A DNA stretch of 64,000 nt. Source: Eubacteriales bacterium. Lineage in GTDB: Bacteria; Bacillota; Clostridia; Oscillospirales; CAG-382. The DNA lies in contig JAZNPH010000025.1 of NCBI GenBank assembly GCA_045589515.1, positions 4,034-68,033 on the forward strand. Direction: 5' to 3'. Below are positions 19,968 to 29,029 of this stretch, piece by piece. Made by a program: the position numbers and the translations under genes. Numbering within the stretch: position 1 is the stretch's first letter; each line of letters opens with the position of its first letter. The notes under the pieces were generated by a model. The model worked only from the letters and a program-made list of their open reading frames with translations. It made no database searches and was not told where the DNA came from.

Positions 19968-20679
19968 TCAGTTCGCCTAACAGAACAAGGGCGTGCTTGG
20001 CGGCCTGCTGTTCCGCTTCCCGCTTGGTTCTGCCCCTGCCCGCACCTAACAAATTGGAGTTCAGATAAACCTCGAAATGAAAAATACGGTCATGAGGAGG
20101 GCCCTCTTCGCCTTTTTCGGAATAGTACAGCTTTTCCTCGGGAGTCTGCTGTACGATCCGTTGGAGCATGGACTTATAATCCTCCGTGCCCTTTTTGGAT
20201 ACGGTCTCCAGCATACGGATCAGACGGGGCAGCAGGAAGGTCTTCACCTGCTCCATGCCGCTGTCCAAATAAATGGCGGCAAGCAGGGCTTCAAAGGCAT
20301 CGGCAATGATGCTCTTCCGCTTTTTTCCGCCCCCGGAGATGATCTCACCGTGTCCGAAGGACATAAAATCTCCCAAACCGATCTCGGTAGCCAGCACGGC
20401 AAGGGTGGCCTCACAAACCAAGGCGGCACGGGTACGGGTAAGAAAGCCTTCGTCTTCCCCGGGAAAGGTGGAAAACAGGTATTCTGCGGTGATTACAGAC
20501 AAAATGGAATCACCCAGAAACTCCAGCCGTTCGTTGCTTTCGATCTTGCGATGTTTATTTTCATTGCAGTAGGAAGAGTGGGTCAACGCTTCCGCTAAAA
20601 ATGCCTTGTTACGGAAGGTATATCCGATTCTCTCTTCCAAAAGCTCTTTGGTATATTCTTTCTGATTCAACTGGTACAC
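19951..20679 (-). CDS. rnc: Ribonuclease III
   Basis: It has the RNase III signature ERLEFLGDS and a C-terminal dsRBD (G.G.TKREAEQ.AA). The listed ORF (to 20988) runs through the 3' end of topA. The RBS AAAGGAAG followed by GTG 20679 / TTG 20670 is the plausible start. Confidence 0.85.
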   Translation of the reverse strand: MYQLNQKEYTKELLEERIGYTFRNKAFLAEALTHSSYCNENKHRKIESNERLEFLGDSILSVITAEYLFSTFPGEDEGFLTRTRAALVCEATLAVLATEIGLGDFMSFGHGEIISGGGKKRKSIIADAFEALLAAIYLDSGMEQVKTFLLPRLIRMLETVSKKGTEDYKSMLQRIVQQTPEEKLYYSEKGEEGPPHDRIFHFEVYLNSNLLGAGRGRTKREAEQQAAKHALVLLGELNEETP

Positions 20680-20695
20680 TTCCTTTTTTAAAGGA

Positions 20696-22918
20696 TTACT
20701 TCCCTTCGGAATAGCCGCAACCGGACTTGCAGTAGACGGTGCCTTTTCCTTTTTTGCGAAGAAGGGGACTGCCGCAGCCGGGACACTTTTCGCCTGTGGG
20801 AGCATCCCAGGAGGAGAAGGAGCATTCCGGATATTTTTCGCAGCAATAATATGTCTTATGCTTACGGGTCTGCTTGATGAGAACACGCTTGCCGCAATCG
20901 GGACAAGGGATACCACTGTCACGATAGAAGGGCATACTTCCCTTGCAGTCGGGATACTTGCGGCAGGCGAAGAAGGTACCGAAGGCACCCTTGCGGGCGA
21001 TCATTTCCCCGCCGCAGATAGGACAGGGATCATCGGCGACGATTTCCGGCTGACGTTCTTCGTCGGAAGCGGAAGCTTCCTCCTTAGTCTCCAGACGCTT
21101 GGTGTTCTTGCACTTGGGATAGTTGGGGCAAGCGGCAAACTTACCGTATCTGCCTTCTCTTTGGATCATGCGGGCGCCGCATTTCTCGCAGATCATATCC
21201 AGCTCTACCTTTTCAAGGGCAATACGCTCCTCGCCCAGAGTCTCGGAGGCGTGCTTCAGCTGGGATTCGAAATCTGCGTAGAAACGACGGAGAACAGCAA
21301 TATAGTCCTCGTCACCGCTTTCGATACGGTCAAGATCCGCTTCCATTTCCGCGGTGAAGTTGTAGTCCACGATATTGGAGAACGCCTTCTTCATCAGATC
21401 AGTGGTGACAAAGCCAAGATCTGTGGGGATCAGGGTCTTGCCCTCTCTCTTCACGTAGCCACGGTTCACGATGGTGGTGATGGTGGCAGTATAGGTGGAG
21501 GGGCGGCCGATACCTTTCTCTTCGAGAACGCGAATGAGAGAGCCCTCGGTGTATCTGGGAGGCGGCTGGGTGAATTTCTGCTCGGGATTGACGGAAACAG
21601 GAGACAGAACGGCGCCCTCGTTCAGTTCAGGAAGTCTGCCTTCTGCTTCCTCCTCATCTGCATCGTCATAAAGTGCCATATAGCCGCGGAAGCGGACGGT
21701 ATTGCCGTTGGCGCGGAACACGGCGGAGCCGGACAGAAGATCTGCCGCAACGGTATCGAAGGCCGCGGAAGCCATCTGGCTTGCCATAAAGCGCTCCCAA
21801 ATCAGCTTATAAAGCTTGTATTGGTCGGCGGAAAGCTTGCCCTTGACGTCCTCGGGAAGCAACGCGGGATCGGAGGGACGGATGGCTTCGTGAGCATCCT
21901 GGGCATTCTTCCGCATTTTGTACTGGTTGGGAGTTTCGGGATAATATTCTTCTCCGTAACGGGAAAGGATCACGTTCTTGGCGGTCTCTCTTGCCTCGTC
22001 GGAGATACGGAGAGAGTCGGTACGCATATAGGTGATCAAACCGTGGGTGCTCTTTTCGCCAAGATTCACGCCCTCATAAAGCTCCTGGGCGATCATCATG
22101 GTGCGGGAGGACTGGAAGCCAAGACGGCGGTTTGCCTCCTGCTGAAGGGTGGAAGTAACAAAGGGAGGCTGGGGCTTACGGTGCTTGACGGACTTCTTCA
22201 CGGAAAGAACTGTGAAGGTGCTGTCCATGGAGGAAAGAACGTCATCCACCTCTGCTTTGCAATGAAGCTCCTTTTTGCCGTTTTCATCTCCGTAGTAATG
22301 AGCGGTGAAGGATTCTCCTGCGCTGTTCTTCAACAGAGCATTGATGTGCCAATACTCATCGGGCACAAAGGCACGGATCTCCTCCTCACGCTCCACGATG
22401 ATGCGGGTGGCAACGGACTGCACGCGCCCTGCGGAGAGACCGTTTTTGATCTTCTTCCACAGGAAAGGGCTGATCTGATAACCCACGAGACGGTCCAGGA
22501 TACGGCGGGTCTGCTGGGAATTGACCATGTCCATATCGATCTCTCTGGGAGATTTGATAGCCTCCTTCACCACGCTCTTGGTGATCTCGTTAAAGGTGAT
22601 ACGCTTGGTCTTTTCGGGATCAAGCTTCAAAACGGCGGCCAGATGCCAGCTGATGGCTTCTCCTTCGCGGTCAGGGTCGGCGGCAAGCAGAACGCGGTCT
22701 GCAGCCTTTGCTTCCTTGCGAAGCTCGTTGATCAGGTCGCCCTTGCCGCGGATATTGATATATTGAGGTTCAAAATCATTTTCGATGTCGATGCCCAGCT
22801 TACTCTTGGGCAGGTCGCGGACGTGGCCCTTGGAGGCCTTGACTTTATATCCTTTTCCCAAAAAGCTTTTGATGGAATTCGCTTTTGTGGGGGACTCCAC
22901 GATTACCAATGTGTTCAT
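20696..22918 (-). CDS. topA: DNA topoisomerase I
   Basis: The Toprim N-terminus MNTLVIVESPTKANSIK begins at the ATG at 22916-22918. The topoisomerase IA core includes ITYMRTDS. The C-terminus has four CxxC...CxxC zinc ribbons. Confidence 0.95.
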   Translation of the reverse strand: MNTLVIVESPTKANSIKSFLGKGYKVKASKGHVRDLPKSKLGIDIENDFEPQYINIRGKGDLINELRKEAKAADRVLLAADPDREGEAISWHLAAVLKLDPEKTKRITFNEITKSVVKEAIKSPREIDMDMVNSQQTRRILDRLVGYQISPFLWKKIKNGLSAGRVQSVATRIIVEREEEIRAFVPDEYWHINALLKNSAGESFTAHYYGDENGKKELHCKAEVDDVLSSMDSTFTVLSVKKSVKHRKPQPPFVTSTLQQEANRRLGFQSSRTMMIAQELYEGVNLGEKSTHGLITYMRTDSLRISDEARETAKNVILSRYGEEYYPETPNQYKMRKNAQDAHEAIRPSDPALLPEDVKGKLSADQYKLYKLIWERFMASQMASAAFDTVAADLLSGSAVFRANGNTVRFRGYMALYDDADEEEAEGRLPELNEGAVLSPVSVNPEQKFTQPPPRYTEGSLIRVLEEKGIGRPSTYTATITTIVNRGYVKREGKTLIPTDLGFVTTDLMKKAFSNIVDYNFTAEMEADLDRIESGDEDYIAVLRRFYADFESQLKHASETLGEERIALEKVELDMICEKCGARMIQREGRYGKFAACPNYPKCKNTKRLETKEEASASDEERQPEIVADDPCPICGGEMIARKGAFGTFFACRKYPDCKGSMPFYRDSGIPCPDCGKRVLIKQTRKHKTYYCCEKYPECSFSSWDAPTGEKCPGCGSPLLRKKGKGTVYCKSGCGYSEGK

Positions 22919-22946
22919 ATAATTGCTTCTATCTCCTTGGTGTGAA

Positions 22947-24149
22947 TTATATACAGGTGAAACGGTTGCCGGGCAGAGAACGGATCTCGCCCTCAATTTC
23001 CAGCTCGGTGAGCTCTGCCAACAGGTCGCCGATACCGATTCCGATGAGAGTGGACAGCTCGTCGGCGGTGAGAGGCTTTGCCTTCAAGGCCTCGCAGATC
23101 CGTTTTGCGGGAGAGCCGGCGGGTATTTCTTTCGGAGGCTCGGCAGGGGGTGCCGCGGGAAGTACGGGAGGTTCCTCTGCAGGCGGGATGAAGGGTTCTT
23201 CTTCAACAGAAACGGCGGAAGCGTTCCCGTAAGCGTAGATCTTTTTGGAATTAAGAAGATACTCGGGATGGATCTTGGTGGGGTAAGAAAGGGAAAGCTC
23301 GTTTAAGATATCCGATGCGGAGGTGGCAGTTCTTGCGCCTCTTTTGATCAGATCGTTGGTGCCTGCATGGGAATCACCCAAAGCGCCGGGGACGGCGAAC
23401 ACCAGCTTATTCTGATAGACGGCGTGCTGTGCGGTGATCAAGGCACCGCTGTGCTCCCCCGCTTCCACCACCAGCGTCGCCTTGGAAAGGCCGCTGATGA
23501 TACGGTTACGGTGGGGAAAATCCCCGCGGCTTCTCTTACAGCCCGGATACATCTCACTGATGACCAAGCCGCTCTTATACAAGGCATGGAAGGCTTTTAC
23601 GTTCTCTTTGGGATAGATCTCGTCGATGGGTGTTCCCAACACACCGATGGTGTACCCGCCTGCGCGGAAGGCGCCCCGATGAGCGCAAGTGTCGATCCCC
23701 TTGGCGAGCCCGCTGATGACGGTGGCGCCGCAAATGGTGAGCCGCATAGCAAAATCTTCCGCTACCTTGGCACCATAGGCGGTCATTGCGCGCGTGCCAA
23801 CCACCGCAACGCCCACAAGATCATTCAAATCCCGTAGATCACCGATGGCGTACAATACGGCAGGAGGGGCTTGAATCAAGCGAAGGGAATCGGGAAAACG
23901 ATCTTCGTAATAGGTAAGCACGTGAATCTGCTTTTCCTTTAAAGACTTCATCAGCTCATAGGCTTCGTCCAGATCCTTACGCTTTAAATTCTTTTCGCAA
24001 ACGTGTTTTCCTTCCAGGAAAGAAAAGTCCTCGCACTCGTAGATCTCCCTGCAGGAGGAAAAACGGGTGAACAGCTTGAGGTAGACCGTATTGGCAATGC
24101 CGCAGGCTTGCTGTAACCATAATGCGTACAAAAGGTCGGGATTATGCAC
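22947..24149 (-). CDS. dprA: DNA-processing protein DprA (Smf)
   Basis: It has a Rossmann-like DprA core (VVGTR..T.YG, SGLA.GID..AH.GA, FP.RNRIISGLS..T.VVEA...SGALITA) and a C-terminal winged-helix-like tail after a Pro-rich linker. Confidence 0.85.
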   Translation of the reverse strand: MHNPDLLYALWLQQACGIANTVYLKLFTRFSSCREIYECEDFSFLEGKHVCEKNLKRKDLDEAYELMKSLKEKQIHVLTYYEDRFPDSLRLIQAPPAVLYAIGDLRDLNDLVGVAVVGTRAMTAYGAKVAEDFAMRLTICGATVISGLAKGIDTCAHRGAFRAGGYTIGVLGTPIDEIYPKENVKAFHALYKSGLVISEMYPGCKRSRGDFPHRNRIISGLSKATLVVEAGEHSGALITAQHAVYQNKLVFAVPGALGDSHAGTNDLIKRGARTATSASDILNELSLSYPTKIHPEYLLNSKKIYAYGNASAVSVEEEPFIPPAEEPPVLPAAPPAEPPKEIPAGSPAKRICEALKAKPLTADELSTLIGIGIGDLLAELTELEIEGEIRSLPGNRFTCI

Positions 24150-24930
24150 GGTTTCGCACTCCTTCCCACATAATAACGGCGGCGGCGACGGAAGCGTTCA
24201 GACTCTCGGCGGCATCCGTCATGGGAATCAACACGCCGCTGTCGCAGGCGGAAAGCAGAGCTTCCGATATCCCTTGTCCCTCGTTCCCTACCACGAAAAG
24301 GTCTTCTCTTCCCACAGGGAACTGCCCCAAAAGGCGGCTTTCTTCGCTCAACGCGGCAGCATAGGTTTGTCTGCCCGTTCCCTTGAAGGAATTAACGAAG
24401 GAAACGGGATCCTCGCACAGGTAGGTATTTCTTGAAAACAAGGCACCCATGGTGGCACGCACGGTCTTGGAGGCGTATACATCGGCACAATCGGAGGACA
24501 GCACCACGGACCAGCCCAAGGCGGCGGCAGTACGCAGGACGGTGCCTACGTTGCCGTTATCCCGAACGGACTCCAGCAAAAGGACCTGCCCCGGAACATG
24601 GGAAGCGTCAGTCACTTCCTGCACCTGCTCCAGATAGGGAGACAGGGTCAGGATGCCCTGGGGAGCCTGCTCGGTGGAAAGCTTTTCAAAAACGTGATCG
24701 GGAACGGAGCAAAGGACGTCCTCCGGCAGGGCGGAAAGGAGCTTTGAATACTTTGCAAGGGCCCCGTCGGTGGCGAACACGGTGTGGGGAAGGTTGCCGA
24801 AGCGGAGGTACTCTTCCAACAGGTGAGCACCTTCGAAAAAGAACAGTTTTTCTTCCTCGCGGTGCTTACGGGACGAAAGCTTCCCAACACGAACCACTAA
24901 CGGATTGTTGCGGGATTCAATACGCTTCAT
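24142..24930 (-). CDS. TrmH/SpoU-family RNA 2'-O-methyltransferase
   Basis: The probable start is the ATG at 24928-24930 (MKRIESRNNP). It has a substrate-binding N-domain and SpoU motifs (L...V.D.GN.G...RTA.A.G, VGNEG.G.S, IPM....ESLN.SVA.A...). Confidence 0.8.
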   Translation of the reverse strand: MKRIESRNNPLVVRVGKLSSRKHREEEKLFFFEGAHLLEEYLRFGNLPHTVFATDGALAKYSKLLSALPEDVLCSVPDHVFEKLSTEQAPQGILTLSPYLEQVQEVTDASHVPGQVLLLESVRDNGNVGTVLRTAAALGWSVVLSSDCADVYASKTVRATMGALFSRNTYLCEDPVSFVNSFKGTGRQTYAAALSEESRLLGQFPVGREDLFVVGNEGQGISEALLSACDSGVLIPMTDAAESLNASVAAAVIMWEGVRNRA

Positions 24931-25008
24931 ACAGCCACTCCTTTCCACGGCAAAACAAAAAATCCATACCATAATTATATATAATAATAGTACAGATTTT
25001 TTGAATTG

Positions 25009-25857
25009 TCAACCTCTTTTTGCTAAAACTACTCGATCATTTTTTGAATAATCCTTCAAAACCGCCACGCTGTAGCCCGCTTCCTCCAAAATACGGGAAA
25101 CATCCTCCCCCTGGTCGTAGCCGATCTCGAAGAGAATGATGCCGTCAGGTTTTAAGATCAGAGGGGCATAGGCCACGATAGCACGATAATAGCGCAAGCC
25201 GTCTTCCCCGCCGTCCAGAGCGTTGTGAGGCTCGTACTGCACCTCGGTAGACAGAAAGTCTATGACGTCCGTGGGGATGTAGGGCGGGTTGGAGATCAAT
25301 ACGTCGATCTGTCTGCCCGCTTTGATGGAAAGGGCGGCGTAATCGTCGGCATCCAATACGTCGAAGCGGAGCACCTCCACATTGGAGCAGGGATCCAGGT
25401 TACGGATGGTATATGGCAAAGCCTTTTGGGAAAGCTCCAAAGCGTAGCCCCTGCAATCCGGCAGATTGGCACCGATGGCTCTGGAGATACAACCGCTACC
25501 GCTGCAAAGATCGGCAAAAACGTCGCCGGGCTTCAAAAGCTTCAAAGCGGTTTCTACCAAAAGCTCTGTATCACTGCGGGGAATAAACACGCCGTCCCCC
25601 ACAAAGATCTCCTGTCCATAGAAGCAACAGCTTCCCAAAATGTACTGAATGGGCTTACCGTAGGAAAGCTCCTTGATGGCTTTGCCGCAGAATTCCTCGG
25701 ATTCTTCGGACATTTCCTCATCCAAGACGGAAAGCATTGTTCCCCTGTCGGTCTCCAAGGCGGCACAAAGCAACAGATCCGCAATGGCGTTTGCTTCCTC
25801 GGGGTTCATCTCCGCAAGAATGTCACGGAGTCTCGTTCTGTATTCCCTCACCAACAT
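25009..25857 (-). CDS. prmC: Release factor glutamine N5-methyltransferase PrmC (HemK)
   Basis: It has the SAM-binding motif DLCSGSGCI and the catalytic NPPY (LISNPPYIPT). The protein is 282 aa. Confidence 0.85.
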   Translation of the reverse strand: MLVREYRTRLRDILAEMNPEEANAIADLLLCAALETDRGTMLSVLDEEMSEESEEFCGKAIKELSYGKPIQYILGSCCFYGQEIFVGDGVFIPRSDTELLVETALKLLKPGDVFADLCSGSGCISRAIGANLPDCRGYALELSQKALPYTIRNLDPCSNVEVLRFDVLDADDYAALSIKAGRQIDVLISNPPYIPTDVIDFLSTEVQYEPHNALDGGEDGLRYYRAIVAYAPLILKPDGIILFEIGYDQGEDVSRILEEAGYSVAVLKDYSKNDRVVLAKRG

Positions 25858-26920
25858 TGGGTTCTTCCTCCGTTTTCTTGGCTTCTTCCTTCTTTTTCAG
25901 ATACTCCGATTCGTAAGGGATCTCAAAATCCGCAAATTCCTCGTGAAGGGCGGACTTGGTGGCAACAATCGCCACTTCGATCATATCGTCATCGGGCTCG
26001 CGGGTGGTGATACGCTGCATCCAAAGACCGGGCGCGGCAAGAACGCGCACCAGGGCGTTGTCGTGCTTACCGGCGTAACGGATGAACTCATAGCCCAATC
26101 CCACGCAAACGGGAAGCAGCAACAGCTTCAAAAGCACACGGAGCCAGCCCCATACGTTGGGGATGAACACAATGGAAACGATGATGGACAGGAACACCAT
26201 AACGAACATAAAGGAAGTACCGCATCTGGGATGAAAGCGGCTTTGCTTGCGAACGTTCTCCACGTTCAGCTCCAGACCCGCTTCGTAACAGAAGATGGTC
26301 TTATGCTCTGCGCCGTGGTACATATAAACACGACGGATTTCTTTCATCAGAGAAGTAAAGTACAGGTAGCCGATAAAGATCAGCACCTTCATAACGCCCT
26401 CTACAAGACACTTCAGGCGATTCATCCAGAAGTCTCCGTCCAGGTCATCCGGGAAGATCAGATTGGTGACGAAGGCGGGCAAAGCGATGAACAGCCCCAT
26501 TGCCAGCAGGATGCCCAGCACCATGGCGATGGCAGATACGAAATTCAGAAGACTTTTGCCGAAATGCTTTTCCAGCCATTTCTCGAACTTAGAGGGCTCT
26601 TCTGCCTGAAGCTCTTCCTCCAGACCCATCATCTCGGTAGATGCTGTCAACGTGGAGAAGGAGAGGATAAACATTTCCACAAGATTCACAACGCCGCGGA
26701 TCAAGGGAAGATCCAGGATCTTATACTTGGTGCGGACGGTAGTGGAGGGTTGGGTACGGACCACAATGGTTCTATCGTCGGTACGGCGAACTGCGGTTGC
26801 CATTTGTTTGGGAGAGCGCATCATGACGCCTTCCATCACTGCCTGACCGCCTACTTTTCCCAAGCGAGGATTTGCGGGGCAGTTTTTTTCTGCATTCTTT
26901 TTCAAAAATTCACCTTCCAT
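25823..26920 (-). CDS. DUF1385-family membrane protein
   Basis: It has the N-terminal motif GGQAVMEGVMMRSP and a central HGAEHK motif with flanking TM helices. It is typically encoded upstream of prmC in Firmicutes. Confidence 0.7.
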   Translation of the reverse strand: MEGEFLKKNAEKNCPANPRLGKVGGQAVMEGVMMRSPKQMATAVRRTDDRTIVVRTQPSTTVRTKYKILDLPLIRGVVNLVEMFILSFSTLTASTEMMGLEEELQAEEPSKFEKWLEKHFGKSLLNFVSAIAMVLGILLAMGLFIALPAFVTNLIFPDDLDGDFWMNRLKCLVEGVMKVLIFIGYLYFTSLMKEIRRVYMYHGAEHKTIFCYEAGLELNVENVRKQSRFHPRCGTSFMFVMVFLSIIVSIVFIPNVWGWLRVLLKLLLLPVCVGLGYEFIRYAGKHDNALVRVLAAPGLWMQRITTREPDDDMIEVAIVATKSALHEEFADFEIPYESEYLKKKEEAKKTEEEPNVGEGIQNETP

Positions 26921-26959
26921 TCTTGCTTTTTTTATAAAGATGTATTATACTGTGTTCAG

Positions 26960-26988
26960 ATGACAAAGTCATCTTTGCCTATTATACT
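26960..26988 (+). promoter_or_regulatory. Putative promoter for the RNHCP operon
   Basis: ATGACA (26960-26965), a 17-nt spacer, then TATACT (26983-26988). This lies about 55 nt upstream of the GTG start, which has the RBS GAGGA. Confidence 0.3.
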
Positions 26989-27041
26989 CTCACAAGCACC
27001 AAAAAGTAAAGACTATTTGTAAATTTTTGTGAGGATTTTTT

Positions 27042-27359
27042 GTGGAAACCAAGAGATTTACCAAAAATGACAGCGGTTTTGTCTGCGAGCACTGCAAAAA
27101 AGAGGTTCCGCCGCTGGTTTACTCCTCCCGCAATCACTGCCCTTACTGCCTTTGGTCTCTTCACGTGGACGAGCTCCCGGGAGACCGTGCCTGCACCTGC
27201 CGCGGGCAGATGAAACCTTACGCGGTGGTCTCCCACCCCAAGAAGGGATTCGTGATCACCCATAAATGCACAGTATGCGGGGAAGAAAAGAATAATCGAT
27301 CCCAACAAGATGACGATATGGATCTTCTGATCCGTCTTACCAATCCTTACAACAGGTGA
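27042..27359 (+). CDS. RNHCP domain-containing zinc-ribbon protein
   Basis: It contains the literal family motif SSRNHCPYCLWSLHVD plus flanking Cys pairs (CEHC, CTVC). The protein is 105 aa. Confidence 0.7.
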   Translation: METKRFTKNDSGFVCEHCKKEVPPLVYSSRNHCPYCLWSLHVDELPGDRACTCRGQMKPYAVVSHPKKGFVITHKCTVCGEEKNNRSQQDDDMDLLIRLTNPYNR

Positions 27360-28420
27360 TGAAATTGAAAAGAAAAGCTGAACTTTCACCCGCACTTTCC
27401 CTTTTATACGTACTACTGATCGGATTGCTGGCCTGCGCGGCTTCCTTGACCATGCGTTCTTCCGCAGGAATCTGGAGCACGGTGCCCTTGTATCCCGTTT
27501 GCGTTGCGGTGGCCTGCTTCATTCCCGCTAAGTCTTGGCATCGGTTTTTGTTCTTCGGGGGAATCACCCTGCTTTTGAATCTGGCGGAAGGGACTCCCGC
27601 GGAATGTCTTCCCTATCTGTTAGTTGCGGTGGGATGCTTTGGAACGGTCTCTGTTGCCATGGCGCTGCTCAAGAGCAGGAAACTGAAGAAGAGCCTCATC
27701 GGCGGTTGCATTCTTGTCAGCTATCTTGTGTTCTCTTTCCTATTCATGGGGAATCCCTTTGTCGCGTTCGGCAAGAGCGCCGCTTTGAATGAGTACATCG
27801 AAACCCATTACGGTGAAGGGAATCACTTTGAAAACGTGCGGTACGATACCACCTCCGGCTGTTACACCGTGACGGCGTATAACAAGCGCTTCCCCTCCGA
27901 GACGGCAGAGATCTTCCTCATGGGCGACCGCGTGATCGATCACTATCGTGAGTTGGTGGAACAGCAAGCTTTACGGGAACAAGCGCTTGTGTTGACTACA
28001 ACGCTGAGAGAAGCATTCCCCAAGGATTCCTTTACCGTTACCGGCGTGAGGATCGACGGGTTCTTGAAAAACGGAGAAAGATTTGACGCCTACGAAACCA
28101 AAGCAGACCCCGCGGATATGCATTTTTACATAGAGCTTTCCGGAAAGCCTATTTTTGAGAAGTATTACGAGGGTGTACAAGGGTACGCCAGAACCTTTGC
28201 CATGAAAAACACGGAGTTTGCTTCCGTGACCTACCTCTGCGGCACGGGGTTGCACTTCCGTGTGGCTATCATCCCTGAGATTTCCGACGGCTTCTACGTG
28301 ACACCGGAAACCATCGCGATTCATACGGTTGCACATCCGGAGAATCATTATTTCCTCCGCGCTTACGAGGATTGGAATCTGATCAAGCGCATCGGCGCAC
28401 TTGACAAAGAGGAAGAATAA
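27356..28420 (+). CDS. Hypothetical membrane protein (about 4 TM helices plus a soluble C-terminal domain)
   Basis: The 354-aa ORF has a hydrophobic N-terminal third. Its ATGA overlaps the RNHCP stop. It is followed by a terminator. I recognise no family. Confidence 0.5.
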   Translation: MMKLKRKAELSPALSLLYVLLIGLLACAASLTMRSSAGIWSTVPLYPVCVAVACFIPAKSWHRFLFFGGITLLLNLAEGTPAECLPYLLVAVGCFGTVSVAMALLKSRKLKKSLIGGCILVSYLVFSFLFMGNPFVAFGKSAALNEYIETHYGEGNHFENVRYDTTSGCYTVTAYNKRFPSETAEIFLMGDRVIDHYRELVEQQALREQALVLTTTLREAFPKDSFTVTGVRIDGFLKNGERFDAYETKADPADMHFYIELSGKPIFEKYYEGVQGYARTFAMKNTEFASVTYLCGTGLHFRVAIIPEISDGFYVTPETIAIHTVAHPENHYFLRAYEDWNLIKRIGALDKEEE

Positions 28421-28426
28421 ACACAC

Positions 28427-28460
28427 AAAAAGCCATCTTTTGCGGATGGCTTTTTTCTTT
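28427..28460 (+). terminator. Rho-independent terminator
   Basis: The stem is AGCCATC (28431-28437) / GATGGCT (28445-28451), flanked by an A-run and a T-run (TTTTTTCTTT). Confidence 0.6.
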
Positions 28461-28567
28461 GAATACGGGAAGGAACTGCGGGCAAAAATACCCTTGGAAA
28501 GGGTAACGGCAAACCCGTCTTCCACATATTCTGTTCTCGGGGGAACTCCCCCACGGGACATCGAGGA

Positions 28568-28984
28568 GTGTTTATCTTGAAAGGACAACAGAACAGCGGT
28601 GAACGGGGCTCCGTTCGCCGAGGTGACATTTTTTACGCCGACCTCAGCCCTGTAGTCGGCTCGGAGCAAGGGGGCGTACGTCCGGTTTTGATCGTGCAAA
28701 ACAACGTGGGGAATCGTTACAGTCCTACGGTAATTGCGGCGGCGATCACCAGCCAAACGGGGAAAAACAAGCTCCCCACTCATATTGAAGTAGAGGGACA
28801 GCCCACCGGAGACGGCAACCACAACGGGCTTGCAAAAAACTCCATCATTCTTCTTGAACAGATTCGCACCATTGACAAGCGAAGGCTGAAGGAAAAGATG
28901 GGGCATCTGGACGACCGCACCATGCATATGGTGGATGAGGCCATATCCGTCAGCTTCGGGCTGGGGAACGGCGGCATCGGATAA
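28568..28984 (+). CDS. mazF: Type II toxin-antitoxin system toxin, MazF/PemK (EndoA-like) endoribonuclease
   Basis: [48 protein letters not shown]...PTHIEV......[17 protein letters not shown] is close to the Bacillus EndoA consensus. The start may be TTG 28577, which has the RBS GAGGAG about 9 nt upstream. Confidence 0.85.
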   Translation: MFILKGQQNSGERGSVRRGDIFYADLSPVVGSEQGGVRPVLIVQNNVGNRYSPTVIAAAITSQTGKNKLPTHIEVEGQPTGDGNHNGLAKNSIILLEQIRTIDKRRLKEKMGHLDDRTMHMVDEAISVSFGLGNGGIG

Positions 28985-28992
28985 CGAGTAAA

Positions 28993-29024
28993 AAGACCCT
29001 TTGAGAAAAGCCTCAAAGGGTCTT
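28993..29024. terminator. Bidirectional terminator between convergent genes
   Basis: There is a 12-bp perfect stem, AGACCCTTTGAG / CTCAAAGGGTCT, with loop AAAAGC. It sits between mazF (+) and the DUF4855 gene (-). Confidence 0.7.
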
Positions 29025-29029
29025 ATACG

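Noticed and set aside
20680-20988. The N-terminal 100-aa extension of the rnc ORF (MPSVPSSPAAS...) overlaps the 3' end of topA.
   Set aside because: The extension is Pro/Ser/Ala-rich and unlike RNase III. It is read through the zinc-ribbon region of topA in another frame. A good RBS plus GTG/TTG sits right after the topA stop.
22919-22996. There are upstream in-frame extensions of topA (MRARSVLCPATVSPVYNSHQGDRSNY). The same applies to the TrmH-family gene (24931-24972), the giant protease (60674-60721), the 35366 gene (36230-36277) and the CxxC membrane protein (60831-60872).
   Set aside because: In each case the conserved N-terminus or signal peptide begins at an internal ATG with a proper Shine-Dalgarno sequence. 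For 60831, the extension overlaps the predicted -10 element.
28446-28580. A 44-codon ORF ([44 protein letters not shown]) has a TGA that overlaps a possible TTG start of mazF (TTGA). I considered it as a mini-antitoxin.
   Set aside because: Its ATG lies inside the stem-loop of the upstream terminator, and it has no RBS. It has no RHH/AbrB-like features and is about half the size of known MazE proteins. I keep it only as a low-probability idea to test under the solitary-mazF finding.
27971-28927. A 318-aa minus-strand ORF spans the end of the membrane-protein gene, the intergenic terminator and most of mazF.
   Set aside because: It is antisense to two supported genes and crosses a terminator. 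It has no motifs or RBS.
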